From NCBI GenBank assembly GCA_965262725.1, contig OZ253555.1, positions 1,568,001 to 1,632,000 of the forward strand: 64,000 nt of DNA, read 5' to 3'. Origin of the DNA: Dehalococcoidia bacterium (GTDB lineage Bacteria > Chloroflexota > Dehalococcoidia > UBA2979). Shown one piece after another: positions 14,048 through 24,409 of the stretch. The notes beneath the pieces are model-generated. The model saw only the letters and a program-made list of their open reading frames with translations. It had not been told where the DNA came from and did not search any database. Position 1 is the stretch's first letter, and every line of letters starts with the position of its first letter. The position numbers and the translations under genes were made by a program.

Positions 14048-14737
14048 ATGGTGCCCGCCGCGCCGTCCGCCGCCGCCGAGAGGGCGCCCCGCCGGTCGCT
14101 TCCGACCCTGCGGGTCGAGCGGGCACTCCGCCGCGAGGGGTACACCCGCGTCGCCGGCGTCGACGAGGTCGGGCGGGGGCCGCTCGCCGGGCCGGTCGTG
14201 GCCGCCGCCGTCGTGCTGCCGGAGCGCCCCGCGCGGTGGCTCTCGGAGCTCCGAGACTCGAAGCTGCTCTCCCCGCGGCAACGCGAGCGTCTCGCCGAGC
14301 TGGTTCGCAGCCACTGCGAGTGGGGGATCGGCACCGTCTCCGCGCAGGTCATCGACCAGATCGGGATCGGGCCGGCCACGCGGCTGGCGATGCGGCGCGC
14401 CGTGCTCGCGCTCCCACGGGATCCCGACGCCCTGATCGTGGACGGTCGCGAGCGGTTGGAGCACGGGGCGAGGCAGCAGCCCATGGTGGGGGCGGATGCG
14501 CGCTGCCGCTCGGTCGCGGCGGCCAGCATCATCGCGAAGGTCGCCCGCGACGCGATGATGGTCGAGCTCGACGCGCGGCTTCCCGGATACGGCTTCGCGC
14601 GCCACGTCGGCTACGCCACCGCAGAGCACCGCGAGAGGCTGGACCGCCTCGGCTACAGCACGGCGCACCGCCTGACCTTCGAGCCGGTGCGGCGCACGCT
14701 GGCCGCGCGGGCCGGGGGCGGCGCGGCGCAGCGTTGA
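14048..14737 (+). CDS. rnhB: Ribonuclease HII
   Basis: AGVDEVGRGPLAGPVVAAAV, LRDSK, AAASIIAKVARD. Confidence 0.96.
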   Translation: MVPAAPSAAAERAPRRSLPTLRVERALRREGYTRVAGVDEVGRGPLAGPVVAAAVVLPERPARWLSELRDSKLLSPRQRERLAELVRSHCEWGIGTVSAQVIDQIGIGPATRLAMRRAVLALPRDPDALIVDGRERLEHGARQQPMVGADARCRSVAAASIIAKVARDAMMVELDARLPGYGFARHVGYATAEHRERLDRLGYSTAHRLTFEPVRRTLAARAGGGAAQR

Positions 14738-14848
14738 CGGCTGCCGCCCCGGCCCGGCGGTCCCGGGGACCGCGCCCTCCCGCCGGGCGACGCCGCTCGC
14801 TACACTGACCGCGACCGACCGCGATGATGCTCACGAGGTCAACCGGCG

Positions 14849-15079
14849 ATGCCGCTCTATCCCTACCACTGCCGCTCGTGCGGCGAGACGACGGAAATCT
14901 TCGCGCGCACACTCCGCGAGGACCTCGCCCCGAAGCTCCTCTGCTCGCACTGCGGCTCGCGCGACATCGAGCGTCGCCTGACGCCGCCGCGCCTGCCGGC
15001 GGACGCGGGGGCGGTTCTCGAGATGCTGCGCCGCCGCGGGGAGGCGGATGGTCTCGGGCGCTCCCGCCAGGACGGGTAG
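14849..15079 (+). CDS. FmdB-family zinc ribbon protein
   Basis: MPLYPYHCRSCG...CSHCGS. Confidence 0.8.
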   Translation: MPLYPYHCRSCGETTEIFARTLREDLAPKLLCSHCGSRDIERRLTPPRLPADAGAVLEMLRRRGEADGLGRSRQDG

Positions 15080-15082
15080 CGC

Positions 15083-15406
15083 GTGCCGCTCTTCGAGTAT
15101 CACTGCGCCGCCTGCTCCCGCCCGACGGAACTCTTGGTGCGATCGGGGGAGGCGCCGGAGCACCCGGCGTGCGGGCACTGCGGATCGCGGCGGACCAGCC
15201 GCCAGCTCTCGCGCTTCCGGCGCGGCCGGACCGATGCCGATGTCGCCGCCGAGTCGAGCGGCGCGGGGGTCGACGATCCGCGGATGCTCGGCCGGTGGGT
15301 CGAGCGCCGCTTCGAGCAGTACGGGATGGAGATCCCCGACGGGGCGCGCGAGGTGATCGATGCGGCGCGCGAGGGGGAGCTCCCCGGCCCGCTCGAGGAT
15401 CTCTGA
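15083..15406 (+). CDS. FmdB-family zinc ribbon protein with helical C-terminal extension
   Basis: MPLFEYHCAACS...CGHCGS...DDPRMLGRW. Confidence 0.85.
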   Translation: MPLFEYHCAACSRPTELLVRSGEAPEHPACGHCGSRRTSRQLSRFRRGRTDADVAAESSGAGVDDPRMLGRWVERRFEQYGMEIPDGAREVIDAAREGELPGPLEDL

Positions 15407-15552
15407 CGCCCCGGAGGCGGTTCCGTACGCGCCGCGGCGAACCCCCCGCCGGTTCCGCCGGATGCACACACGGACCTCCGTCTCCGCCGTGGCCCGTAAA
15501 GCGGGCCCGCGCCTAGTATTTCGGCGTCCGGCGGTGGGATAACGCGGAGGAA

Positions 15553-17667
15553 TTGATGGAAGTCCTGTACCTGGCGTTGGCGGCGGGGATCCTCGCCCTC
15601 TTGTTCGGCGTCCTCGTCACACGGCAGATCGTCGCCGAGGATGAGGGCGACGAGACGATGCAGGGCATCGCGAGCGCGATCCAGGCGGGCGCCGCCGCCT
15701 TCCTGAAGCGCGAGTACACGTTCCTCTCGGTGTTCGTCGTGGCGGTCGCCGTCGTGATCGCGCTCTTCGTCGACGTCGACGTGACCGGAAAGTACGACGA
15801 CCTTGGTCTCGGAGAGGGCGGCCGCGCGGCCGACTTCCCGCGGACCACGCTCGCCTACCTGCTCGGAGCCGTCACGTCGGCGTCGGCGGGCTACATCGGG
15901 ATGTGGGTTGCCGTTCGCGCCAACGTGCGGACGACCGCCAAGGCCCGCACCGGGCTCAATCCGGCGCTCCGCGTCGCCTTCTCGTCGGGGACGGTCATGG
16001 GCATGACCGTGGTTGGCCTGAGCCTTACGGCGATCACCGCGCTCTACCTCGGGTTCGAGTCGGTGGAGCCGCTCACCGGCTTTGCCTTCGGCGCCTCCTC
16101 CATCGCGCTCTTCGCGCGCGTGGGGGGCGGCATCTTTACGAAGGCCGCCGACGTCGGCGCCGACCTCGTGGGGAAGGTCGAGGCGGGCATCCCCGAGGAC
16201 GACCCGCGCAACCCCGCGTCGATCGCGGACAACGTCGGCGACAACGTCGGCGACGTTGCGGGGATGGGCGCCGACCTCTTCGAGTCCTACTCCGGCTCGA
16301 TCGTCGCGACGATGACGCTGGCCGCGGTCGCCGTGATCGGATCCGGGAGCGTGGGGGCGAACCCGGTCTTCGACGGCGCCGCGCTCGGGATCCTGACCGC
16401 GGGTGGCGGGTTGCTCTTCGACTCGGAGCCGCTCGTGCTGCCGCTTCTGGTGATGGCGATCGGGATCGCCTCCTCGATCCTTGGCACGTTCCTGGTGCGG
16501 ACCGGCGAGCAGGCGAGCATGGGGCGCCTCCTGTGGGCTCTGCGGGCCGGCATCTTCGGCGCGGGCGGGCTGGTCCTGATCGGGACCGCGATCGCCGTCG
16601 TGGCTCTCGGCCTCTCGTTCGACCTCTTCTGGGCGGTGCTCGTCGGCCTGGTGGCGGGGCAGGTGATCGGCACGGCGACCGAGTACTTCACGGCCTACGA
16701 GTACGGGCCGACGCGGAAACTCGCGGCGCAGGCGGAGACGGGCCCGGCGACGATCATCATCGGCGGACTCTCCGTCGGCATGCTCTCGACCGTGATCCCG
16801 CTCCTCGCGATCGTCGCGGCGATCTGGGTCACCTTCGACCTGGCGGGCCTCTACGGCATCGCGCTCGCCGCCGTCGGGATGCTCTCGACGCTCGGCATCA
16901 CGCTCGCCTCGGATGCCTACGGTCCGGTCGCCGACAACGCCGGGGGAATCGCCGAACAGGCGCGCCTGGCACCGGAGGTCCGGGAGCGCACGGATGCGCT
17001 CGACTCCCTGGGCAACACAACGGCGGCGACGGGGAAGGGCTTCGCCATCGGCTCGGCGGTCCTGACCGCGCTCGCGCTGATGGTGACCTACTCGCAGATC
17101 ACCGGCCTCTCAAGCTTCGACCTGCTCGTGGTCGAGGTGCTCCTCGGCTTCCTGATCGGCTCGCTGATGCCCTTCGTCTTCAGCGCGCTGACGATGGGCG
17201 CCGTGGGGCGCGCCGCGATGGCGATGGTGAACGAAGTCCGGCGCCAGTTCCGTGAGCACCCCGGCATCATGGACGGGAGCGAGTCGCCCGACCCGGAGCG
17301 CGCCGTTGCGATCGCCACCGACGGCGCAATCCGAGAGATGGTGCTTCCCGGCACCATCGCCGTGGTCGTGCCGGTGGTGGTCGGCATCTTCATCGGTCCG
17401 GACGCCCTCGGGGGGCTGCTCGTCGGCTCGATCGGGTCGGGCGCGCTGCTGGCCCTGATGATGGCGAACGCGGGCGGCGCATGGGACAACGCGAAGAAGT
17501 ACATCGAGGCCGGTCACCTCGGCGGCAAGGGCTCGGAGGCGCACAAGGCCGCCGTTGTCGGCGATACCGTGGGCGACCCGTTCAAGGACACGTCGGGTCC
17601 CGCCCTGAACATCCTGCTCAAGCTGATGGCGATCGTCGCCGTCGTCTTCGGCCCGCTCTTCCTCTGA
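15553..17667 (+). CDS. hppA: Membrane-integral pyrophosphatase (K+-dependent, probably Na+-translocating)
   Basis: [54 protein letters not shown]. Confidence 0.97.
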   Translation: MMEVLYLALAAGILALLFGVLVTRQIVAEDEGDETMQGIASAIQAGAAAFLKREYTFLSVFVVAVAVVIALFVDVDVTGKYDDLGLGEGGRAADFPRTTLAYLLGAVTSASAGYIGMWVAVRANVRTTAKARTGLNPALRVAFSSGTVMGMTVVGLSLTAITALYLGFESVEPLTGFAFGASSIALFARVGGGIFTKAADVGADLVGKVEAGIPEDDPRNPASIADNVGDNVGDVAGMGADLFESYSGSIVATMTLAAVAVIGSGSVGANPVFDGAALGILTAGGGLLFDSEPLVLPLLVMAIGIASSILGTFLVRTGEQASMGRLLWALRAGIFGAGGLVLIGTAIAVVALGLSFDLFWAVLVGLVAGQVIGTATEYFTAYEYGPTRKLAAQAETGPATIIIGGLSVGMLSTVIPLLAIVAAIWVTFDLAGLYGIALAAVGMLSTLGITLASDAYGPVADNAGGIAEQARLAPEVRERTDALDSLGNTTAATGKGFAIGSAVLTALALMVTYSQITGLSSFDLLVVEVLLGFLIGSLMPFVFSALTMGAVGRAAMAMVNEVRRQFREHPGIMDGSESPDPERAVAIATDGAIREMVLPGTIAVVVPVVVGIFIGPDALGGLLVGSIGSGALLALMMANAGGAWDNAKKYIEAGHLGGKGSEAHKAAVVGDTVGDPFKDTSGPALNILLKLMAIVAVVFGPLFL

Positions 17668-17740
17668 GTGGGGGCGCACCCGGGGTGCCCCTCAGGCGGG
17701 GATCGCTTCGGCTAGACGCCCTCCCCTGCCGGCGGGCCGT

Positions 17741-18379
17741 CTAGCCCCGCCCCAGGCCCGCGAAGGGGTTCGAGCGCTTCTCGTCGCCGATCGTGGTGGC
17801 GGGGCCGTGGCCCGGATAGACGACGGTGTCCTCGGGCAGCGCGAAGAGGTGCTCGCGGATCGCGCCGATGAGCTGCTCGTGGCTCCCGCCCTCGAAGTCC
17901 GTGCGCCCGACCGAGCCCTGGAACAGCACGTCCCCGGTGAAGACGGCCCCCGGGCCGCTCACGCAGATGCTGCCGGGCGTGTGACCCGGCGTGTGCAGGG
18001 CACCCAGCGTCACCGACCCGATCTCGATCGTGTCGCCGTGTTCGAGGTAGCGGTCCGGGGCGCGGGGGACGGTGACGGCGTGGCCGTACCACTCGCTCAC
18101 GTTCGCGGCGTTCACCGCGATCCGCGGGTAGTCCTCCGCGTGCATCAGGAACTGCGCGCCGGGGGACCCCTCTAGCAGCTCGTGGACGGCCCCGGAGTGG
18201 TCGACGTGGAAGTGGGTGGCGAGCACGCCGACCACGAGCAGCTCGCGCTTGGCCAGCTCCTGGAGGACGGTCGGCCCCTGATCGCCCGGGTCGATGACGA
18301 GCACCTCGCGGCTCTCCTCATCGCCGACGACGTAGCAGTTAGCCTGGAGCTGCCCGACGACGAAGCCCTGGAGCAGCAC
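17741..18379 (-). CDS. MBL-fold metallo-hydrolase (glyoxalase II-like)
   Basis: THFHVDH, HTPGHTPG, FTGDVLF, YPGHG. Confidence 0.92.
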   Translation of the reverse strand: MLLQGFVVGQLQANCYVVGDEESREVLVIDPGDQGPTVLQELAKRELLVVGVLATHFHVDHSGAVHELLEGSPGAQFLMHAEDYPRIAVNAANVSEWYGHAVTVPRAPDRYLEHGDTIEIGSVTLGALHTPGHTPGSICVSGPGAVFTGDVLFQGSVGRTDFEGGSHEQLIGAIREHLFALPEDTVVYPGHGPATTIGDEKRSNPFAGLGRG

Positions 18380-18522
18380 GCGAGCCTCCCGTCCCCCGGC
18401 ACGCCAGCCTGCCACGGCGCCGCGCGTGGTGCACGCTCGTCGGCTCCCGGGCGGCCGTCACGGGCGCAGGACAGCAGCGGTGGGGGCCGATGCTCTCCGC
18501 CGCGATGCGCCGGTGGTGGGAG

Positions 18523-18645
18523 TCAGCTGCTCCCCGGTGCGTCGCCGGGGGCGCGGGCGGCGTCGAGCTCGTCGCGGGCGGAGAGGATGACCGCCGCCGC
18601 GGTGCCGGCTGCGGTCCCGAGCAGCAGTGCGAGGAGCAGACGCAC
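18523..18645 (-). CDS. Small single-TM protein (YtxH-like N-terminus)
   Basis: GTG start, VRLLLALLLGTAAGTAAAVILSAR; similar to neighbouring small ORF. Confidence 0.45.
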   Translation of the reverse strand: MRLLLALLLGTAAGTAAAVILSARDELDAARAPGDAPGSS

Positions 18646-18724
18646 CTCGATGGCCCCCGTCTCAGGCACGCCCCGCCGCCGCCAAGATGGTACCAGTCCC
18701 CGCCCGCGTCCGCGCCCCCGGTTC

Positions 18725-18946
18725 TCAGGGGGTGTGCTGTCGGGCGGGGTCCTCGACTCGTGGTGACTGTTCCCGGCGGACCGCGCGCGTCGGCGCGCCC
18801 GCCTCTGGCGGCGAGCGGGTGACCGACCACTTGATGCGACCGTTGGCACTGAAGCCGACCGTGAGACGGTCGGCCCGGGTGGCGAGGGCGATGGCGACGG
18901 CGGTGCCCACCGCCGCACCGAGTAGCAGAGCCGGGAGGCATCGCAT
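18725..18946 (-). CDS. Small single-TM protein (YtxH-like N-terminus)
   Basis: MRCLPALLLGAAVGTAVAIALATR. Confidence 0.45.
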   Translation of the reverse strand: MRCLPALLLGAAVGTAVAIALATRADRLTVGFSANGRIKWSVTRSPPEAGAPTRAVRREQSPRVEDPARQHTP

Positions 18947-19147
18947 CGCGTGATCGCTCTCTCTGCGGGCGCCGGGGAGCGCCCTCGCGATCGTAGCAGC
19001 CCGGAGACGGCTGGGAGCACGCGCCGGGCGCGATCGCTCCTTGAGGGCGCCCGGCGCCGATGCTAGGCTCAGACGCACCGAGGCCCGACCCGCGCCCCTC
19101 CGTGGCGGGGGCGCATCCGGCGGAGGCCGAGTGACCGACGCTTCGAC

Positions 19148-20518
19148 GTGGCCCCCAGCGTGAAGGCCGATCTGGACATCCTCACCTCGCTCGCGAAGCG
19201 GCGCGGCTTCGCCTATCCCTCGGCGGAGATCTACGGCGGCTTCCAATCCACCTGGGACTACGGCCCGCTGGGCGTCGAGATGAAGCGTCAGATCCGGGAA
19301 CTCTGGTGGCGCTGGATGGTGCAGTCCCGCGATGATGTCGTCGGCATCGAGGCGGCGGTGATCACCAACCCCGCCGTGTGGCGCGCGTCCGGCCACGTCG
19401 ACCACTTCACGGATCCGCTGGTCGACTGCCTCGAGTGTCGCGCCCGCACGCGCGCCGACCACATCGAGGACGGCGCGTGCCCCTCCTGCGGCGCGGTGGG
19501 GCGCTTCACGGAGGAGCGGAGCTTCAACTTGCTCTTCCGCACCTACGTGGGGCCGGTGGAGGAGGCGTCGTCCATCGCCTACCTGCGCCCGGAGACGGCG
19601 CAGGGGATGTTCGTCAACTTCGACAACGTGCTGACGTCCACCCGGCGCCGGCTGCCGCTGGGGATCGCGCAGATCGGCCGGTCCTACCGCAACGAGATCA
19701 CGCCGGGACAGTTCATCTTCCGTACGCGCGAGTTCGAGCAGATGGAGATGGAGTTCTTCTGCGATCCCTCGGAGTCACTCGGGTGGCACCAGTACTGGAA
19801 AGAGGAGCGGCTGCGCTGGTACCGGGAGGCGCTCGGCGTGCCCGGCGAGTGCCTCCGCCTCCGCGACCACGAGTCCGCGGAGCTGGCGCACTACTCCGAG
19901 GCGACGGCGGATGTCGAGTTCCTCTTCCCGTGGGGATGGGGTGAGCTCGAGGGGATCGCGCACCGCGGCGACTACGATCTTCGCGCGCACGCCGACGCCT
20001 CCGGCAGGCAGTTGAGCTACTTCGACCCCGAGCGCGAGGCTCACGTCGTGCCCCACGTCGTCGAGCCCGCCGTCGGCGTCGACCGCATCCTCATCGCCCT
20101 GCTCTTCGCTGCCTACGACGAGGAGATGGACGACCGCGGGGAGAGGCGCGTCCTGCTGCGCCTCACGCCGGACGTGGCCCCGGTCGAGGTGGCGGTGCTG
20201 CCGCTCTCCCGCAACGAGCGGCTCGTCCCGACCGCACGGGCGGTGTGGGAGAGGCTCCGGCCGCACTTCCGCACGCAGTACGACGACGCGCAGTCGATCG
20301 GGCGGCGCTACCGAAGACAGGACGAGATCGGCACCCCGCAGTGCGTCACCGTCGACTTCGATTCCCTCGACGACGACGCCGTTACCATCCGCGACCGCGA
20401 CACGATGCAGCAGATCCGCGTGCCCGTCGCTGGCCTCGTCGCGGCCCTCCGCGAGCGCATCGAGGCATCGCGGCCACGTCCGGGGCAGCCGCCCAAGCCG
20501 CCCGCTCGGGAACGGTGA
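19148..20518 (+). CDS. glyQS: Glycine--tRNA ligase (alpha2 type)
   Basis: EIYGG..WDYGPLG, YLRPETAQG, RNEITPG.FIFRTREFEQMEME, IGRRYRRQDEIGTP. Confidence 0.97.
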   Translation: MAPSVKADLDILTSLAKRRGFAYPSAEIYGGFQSTWDYGPLGVEMKRQIRELWWRWMVQSRDDVVGIEAAVITNPAVWRASGHVDHFTDPLVDCLECRARTRADHIEDGACPSCGAVGRFTEERSFNLLFRTYVGPVEEASSIAYLRPETAQGMFVNFDNVLTSTRRRLPLGIAQIGRSYRNEITPGQFIFRTREFEQMEMEFFCDPSESLGWHQYWKEERLRWYREALGVPGECLRLRDHESAELAHYSEATADVEFLFPWGWGELEGIAHRGDYDLRAHADASGRQLSYFDPEREAHVVPHVVEPAVGVDRILIALLFAAYDEEMDDRGERRVLLRLTPDVAPVEVAVLPLSRNERLVPTARAVWERLRPHFRTQYDDAQSIGRRYRRQDEIGTPQCVTVDFDSLDDDAVTIRDRDTMQQIRVPVAGLVAALRERIEASRPRPGQPPKPPARER

Positions 20519-21369
20519 GGGGCGGCGAGGTGCGGACGGTCGCTCCCTGGCTCCCGCGAGGCGGGCGGCGCCCGTTCCGGCTGCTGCACACCTCGGACGT
20601 GCACCTGGGGGCGTACGACCGCGGCAGCGGCCGCGATTCTGCCGTGCACCGCCTCGCCGTGGAGGCGAACCTGCGCGCGGTGATCGACGTCGGGCTCAGG
20701 GAGCGGGCCGACCTGGTCGTGATCGCGGGCGACTTCTTCGACAACGCCCGCGTGAACGAGGAGACGCTTCGGTTCGCGGCCGAACAGATCGCGCGCGCCG
20801 ACGTTCCGGTGGTGATCGGCCCGGGCAACCACGACCACGTGGGGGACAATTCCGTCTACGACCGGCTCGACCTCACGGCGATCGCCCAGAACCTCGTCAT
20901 CCAGCGCTTCGAGGAGGGCGAGACCACCGCGATCGAGGAGCTCGACGTCGAGGTCTGGGGCCGGGCGCACACCGAGCGCAGCTCCGACTTCCTCCCGCTC
21001 GCCGACCCGCCGCCGCGCGGCGACGCGGGGTGGCAGATCGCGGTCGGGCACGGGCACTTCATCCACCCCCGAGCGGTGCTGCGCCACTCCTTCCACATCC
21101 TCGACGAGGAGCTCGCCGAGTCCCGGCGCGACTACGTGGCGCTCGGGCACTGGGAGCAGCTCACGCGCGTCGCGGCGGGTCTGCACACGACGGCGGCCTA
21201 CTCCGGCGCCCCGCAGAGCCTGGCGGTGGGCTCCGGCCTCGGCGGCCGCGTGCTGCTGGTCGACTTCGCGGCGGAGGGAGACGTTCGCCTCACGGCGCAC
21301 TCCATCGAGGGCGCGGAGCCGCTCCGCCACGACGACATCCCACTGCTCGCCGGCGCTTCCAACCGCTAG
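20515..21369 (+). CDS. Metallophosphoesterase (SbcD/Mre11-like nuclease domain)
   Basis: HTSDVHLG, IAGDFFD, PGNHD, YVALGHW; its TAG stop is the CTAG target of the IS stack. Confidence 0.88.
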   Translation: MRGGEVRTVAPWLPRGGRRPFRLLHTSDVHLGAYDRGSGRDSAVHRLAVEANLRAVIDVGLRERADLVVIAGDFFDNARVNEETLRFAAEQIARADVPVVIGPGNHDHVGDNSVYDRLDLTAIAQNLVIQRFEEGETTAIEELDVEVWGRAHTERSSDFLPLADPPPRGDAGWQIAVGHGHFIHPRAVLRHSFHILDEELAESRRDYVALGHWEQLTRVAAGLHTTAAYSGAPQSLAVGSGLGGRVLLVDFAAEGDVRLTAHSIEGAEPLRHDDIPLLAGASNR

Positions 21370-23279
21370 GAGCCTGGTGTTTTTGTGGGGCGGTGGGTGC
21401 CTTCTGGAGGCGGGGCATCGTTGCGAGCAGTCACGGAATGCGATCATGTTGGTGATCAGTTCTGTTCGCAGCGAAAGTCTCGCTCATGACACAGGGAGAG
21501 ACCTCCAGGCAGCCCCTTACCTTCTTCAAGAGCACCGCCTACCTCGCTGAGAGGGTCCCCGGGAACTCCATCTGGACCCTCCTTGCCCGCCACGGCGAGC
21601 GCCTCTTCCCCGACGAGATGTTCGCCGACCTCTTCTCCGCTCGCGGCCGCGGGAGCGTTCCGCCACGGGTCGTCGCCACGGTCATGGTGCTGCAGCGTCT
21701 CCACGGCCTGTCCGACCGCGAGGCGGTGGCTGCCTTCGAGTGGGACGCCCGCTGGAAGTTCGCCTGCGGCGGACTCGACTACGACGCGCCGGGCTTCGTG
21801 CACACGGTCCTGGTCTCGATGCGGGCTCGCCTCGCCCGCTCCGAGCGCCCCCGGCGCATCTTCGAGGCCACGCTCGCGGTGGCGCGCGAGGCGAAGCTGC
21901 TCTCTGCTCAGCGTGTGCTGGACTCCACGCCGCTCTACGACGCCGTCGCCACGCAGGACACGGTGACGTTGCTCCGCTCGTCGCTCCGCGGGCTGCTGCG
22001 GGAGGCGGAGAGCCTCGATGCGCCCGGACTCGGGGCCGAGCTGCGGGCGGTGCTGGAGCGCGATGACGACTACCGGGCCGCTGGGAAGCCTCCGTGCGAC
22101 TGGGAGGACCGCGAGGCCGCGCGGGCGCTCATCGACGAGCTGGCGGCCGATGTATCGCGCTGCCTGCGGGTGCTGGAGGGCCGGGAGCTCGACGGGCACG
22201 TCGAGCGGGCGGGCGAGCTCTGTGCGGCCGTGGTGGGGCAGGACCTCGAGCAGGACGACGGCGGGCGCTTCGTGATTGCGCGGCGGGTAGCGAGGGACCG
22301 CATCATCTCGACCGTGGACACCGACGCCCGCCACGGACGCAAGAGCTCCGCGCACGGCTTCGACGGCTACAAGGGCCATCTGGCGGTCGACCCGGAGTCG
22401 GAGCTCATCACCCACACGACGGTGACCGCGGGCAACGTGGCGGACGGGGAGGTTGCGGAGGAGTTGATCACGGACCTGCTGGAGGACGCAGGGGCACACG
22501 ACTTAGCCGCCGACGCGGCTGCGGAGGCGAGCACCGGGACACCGACGGTCTACGGCGATTCGGCCTACGGCTCGGGCGCGTTCCAGGAGGTGCTGGAGCA
22601 GCACGGGGTCGAGTCCCGCTGCCGCACTCAGAGAGCGACCGCGCCGCATCAGCACTTCAGCAAGGAGCGATTCACCATCGACCTGGAGAGGGGCACCGTG
22701 ACCTGCCCCGCGGAGGTGACGGTGCCGATTCGCCGCGCCTCCGACGGCTCGGGAACCGCCTGCTTCCGGGGCGCCTGCAGCCCCTGTCCGCTTCGCGCGC
22801 AGTGCACCACATCGCGCGGGGGACGCACCGTCGCGGTGGGCGTCCACGAGGCCAGTCTCGCGGCCGCCCGGGCACGCCAGGAGACTCCCGGGTGGCTATC
22901 CGGCTACCGCGCGGTCCGCTCGCGAGTCGAACGCAAGGTGGCGCATACGACCCGTCGCAGACACGGGGGCCGCGTCGCCCGTGTCCGGGGCCGTCTCAAG
23001 GTCGACGCCGACCACAATCTGCTCGCCGCCTCCGTCAACCTGGCGCGGTTGGCGGTCCTGGGCCTGCATCACACACCAACCCGGTGGGCGGTCACAGCGC
23101 CCTCGTAGGGGAGACGGAGGCGGGGGCGACTGCGGGAGAGCCTGCGTCCGGGGGTCCCCGGGTCGATGCCGGCCCCGCTCACTCCCCAGCGGCGCAACTC
23201 CCGACCCGCGCCCACCCGACGCTACACTTCCCTCTCACACCGACTGCGGCCGCCGTGACTCGAGTTTGGCACCAGCGTC
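21370..23279 (+). mobile_element. IS1182-like insertion sequence flanked by CTAG duplications
   Basis: CTAG at 21366-69 and 23280-83; imperfect terminal IRs GAGCCTGGTG / CACCAGCGTC. Confidence 0.8.
21486..23108 (+). CDS. IS1182/IS5-like DDE transposase (DUF772 N-terminus)
   Basis: GRGSVPP, LQRLHGLSDRE, VLDSTP, DGYKGH, YGDSAYG, CPA..C.PCPLRAQC, RSRVERK. Confidence 0.9.
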   Translation: MTQGETSRQPLTFFKSTAYLAERVPGNSIWTLLARHGERLFPDEMFADLFSARGRGSVPPRVVATVMVLQRLHGLSDREAVAAFEWDARWKFACGGLDYDAPGFVHTVLVSMRARLARSERPRRIFEATLAVAREAKLLSAQRVLDSTPLYDAVATQDTVTLLRSSLRGLLREAESLDAPGLGAELRAVLERDDDYRAAGKPPCDWEDREAARALIDELAADVSRCLRVLEGRELDGHVERAGELCAAVVGQDLEQDDGGRFVIARRVARDRIISTVDTDARHGRKSSAHGFDGYKGHLAVDPESELITHTTVTAGNVADGEVAEELITDLLEDAGAHDLAADAAAEASTGTPTVYGDSAYGSGAFQEVLEQHGVESRCRTQRATAPHQHFSKERFTIDLERGTVTCPAEVTVPIRRASDGSGTACFRGACSPCPLRAQCTTSRGGRTVAVGVHEASLAAARARQETPGWLSGYRAVRSRVERKVAHTTRRRHGGRVARVRGRLKVDADHNLLAASVNLARLAVLGLHHTPTRWAVTAPS

Positions 23280-23610
23280 CTAGTGTCCTGAATTGGAAAT
23301 GCGATTGAGATATCCGGTGAGGTTGGTGTGTCCCGAAGTCGAAGGGCGGGTGACGTGATGACGTAACCGGTCTGGAGACATGCTCGTCGTTGCCAGCCGG
23401 TGCGAGTCCGGCACGGGTAACTGTCAGGAGGCCCGTTAGCAGGTCGGCGGCGCGGACGGGAAACGGTCCACGTCGAAGCCCGACGTCAAGAGCCCTATCA
23501 GGGGGAGCAACCAAGCGGTCCGCAGCATCAAGCGAAGCCTGCCTGGGAATGATGCTTACATCTGGCCCCACTTTGATCCTCTGATCTGGCCCCACCCCCG
23601 GGGACCGGGA

Positions 23611-24393
23611 TCAGGTCGTTGGGGCACCTCCTCTCGGGGAGGTCGAGGCCCGGAGCCGGTAGGACTCGGTGCCGGTCTCGATGATATGGGCACGGTAGGT
23701 GAGGCGGTCAACGACGGCCGCGGCGAGACGAGGGTCGGTGAAGATGCGGCCCCACTCGGAGAACGGGGAGTTGGAGGCGACGGCGACCGATGCCCGTTCC
23801 TCGCGCTCGGTCAGGATCTGGAACAGCATTTCGGCACCGCGCGGGTCGAGGTGGACGTACCCGAACTCATCCAGGCAGAGCAGGTCGAGGCGGCCGTAGC
23901 GGGCGACGAGGCGTGAGAGCGCGCGATCATCCGACGCTTCGGCCAGTTCATTCACCAGGGCGGCCGTGGTCATGTACCGCACGCGCAGCCCCAGGTGGCA
24001 GGCGGCCATGCCGAGGCCGATGAGCAGGTGTGACTTCCCGGTGCCGCTGTCACCGAGCAGGACGACGGGCTCGCCCCTTTCGACCCAGTCGCAGCGCTCC
24101 AGCGTGGCGAGCGCCGGCGCGTCGACTGTCGGCGCCGCCTCGAGGTCGAAGTCGGCGAGGTACTTGAAACGCGGGAACCGCGCCTCGACGATACGGCGCT
24201 GACGGCGCCGCTCCTCACGGTCATCGCGTTCGGCTCCCAGCACTTCGGCGAGATAGCCCAGATGGGTGATCCGGTCTCGGACCGCGGCTTCGGCGAGCGG
24301 GAGCGCCTGCTTCCTGACGGTGGGGAGACGGAGCTCGCGGCAGATCGCCTCGATTGTCAGCTCCGCGGCCTGGTCGGTGAGGGGTGCTGTCAT
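23611..24393 (-). CDS. istB: IS21 helper ATPase IstB
   Basis: GDSGTGKSHL Walker A, LLCLDEFGY, AVVDRLTY, GTESYR. Confidence 0.95.
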   Translation of the reverse strand: MTAPLTDQAAELTIEAICRELRLPTVRKQALPLAEAAVRDRITHLGYLAEVLGAERDDREERRRQRRIVEARFPRFKYLADFDLEAAPTVDAPALATLERCDWVERGEPVVLLGDSGTGKSHLLIGLGMAACHLGLRVRYMTTAALVNELAEASDDRALSRLVARYGRLDLLCLDEFGYVHLDPRGAEMLFQILTEREERASVAVASNSPFSEWGRIFTDPRLAAAVVDRLTYRAHIIETGTESYRLRASTSPRGGAPTT

Positions 24394-24409
24394 CGGGTGC
24401 CTCCTGTGG

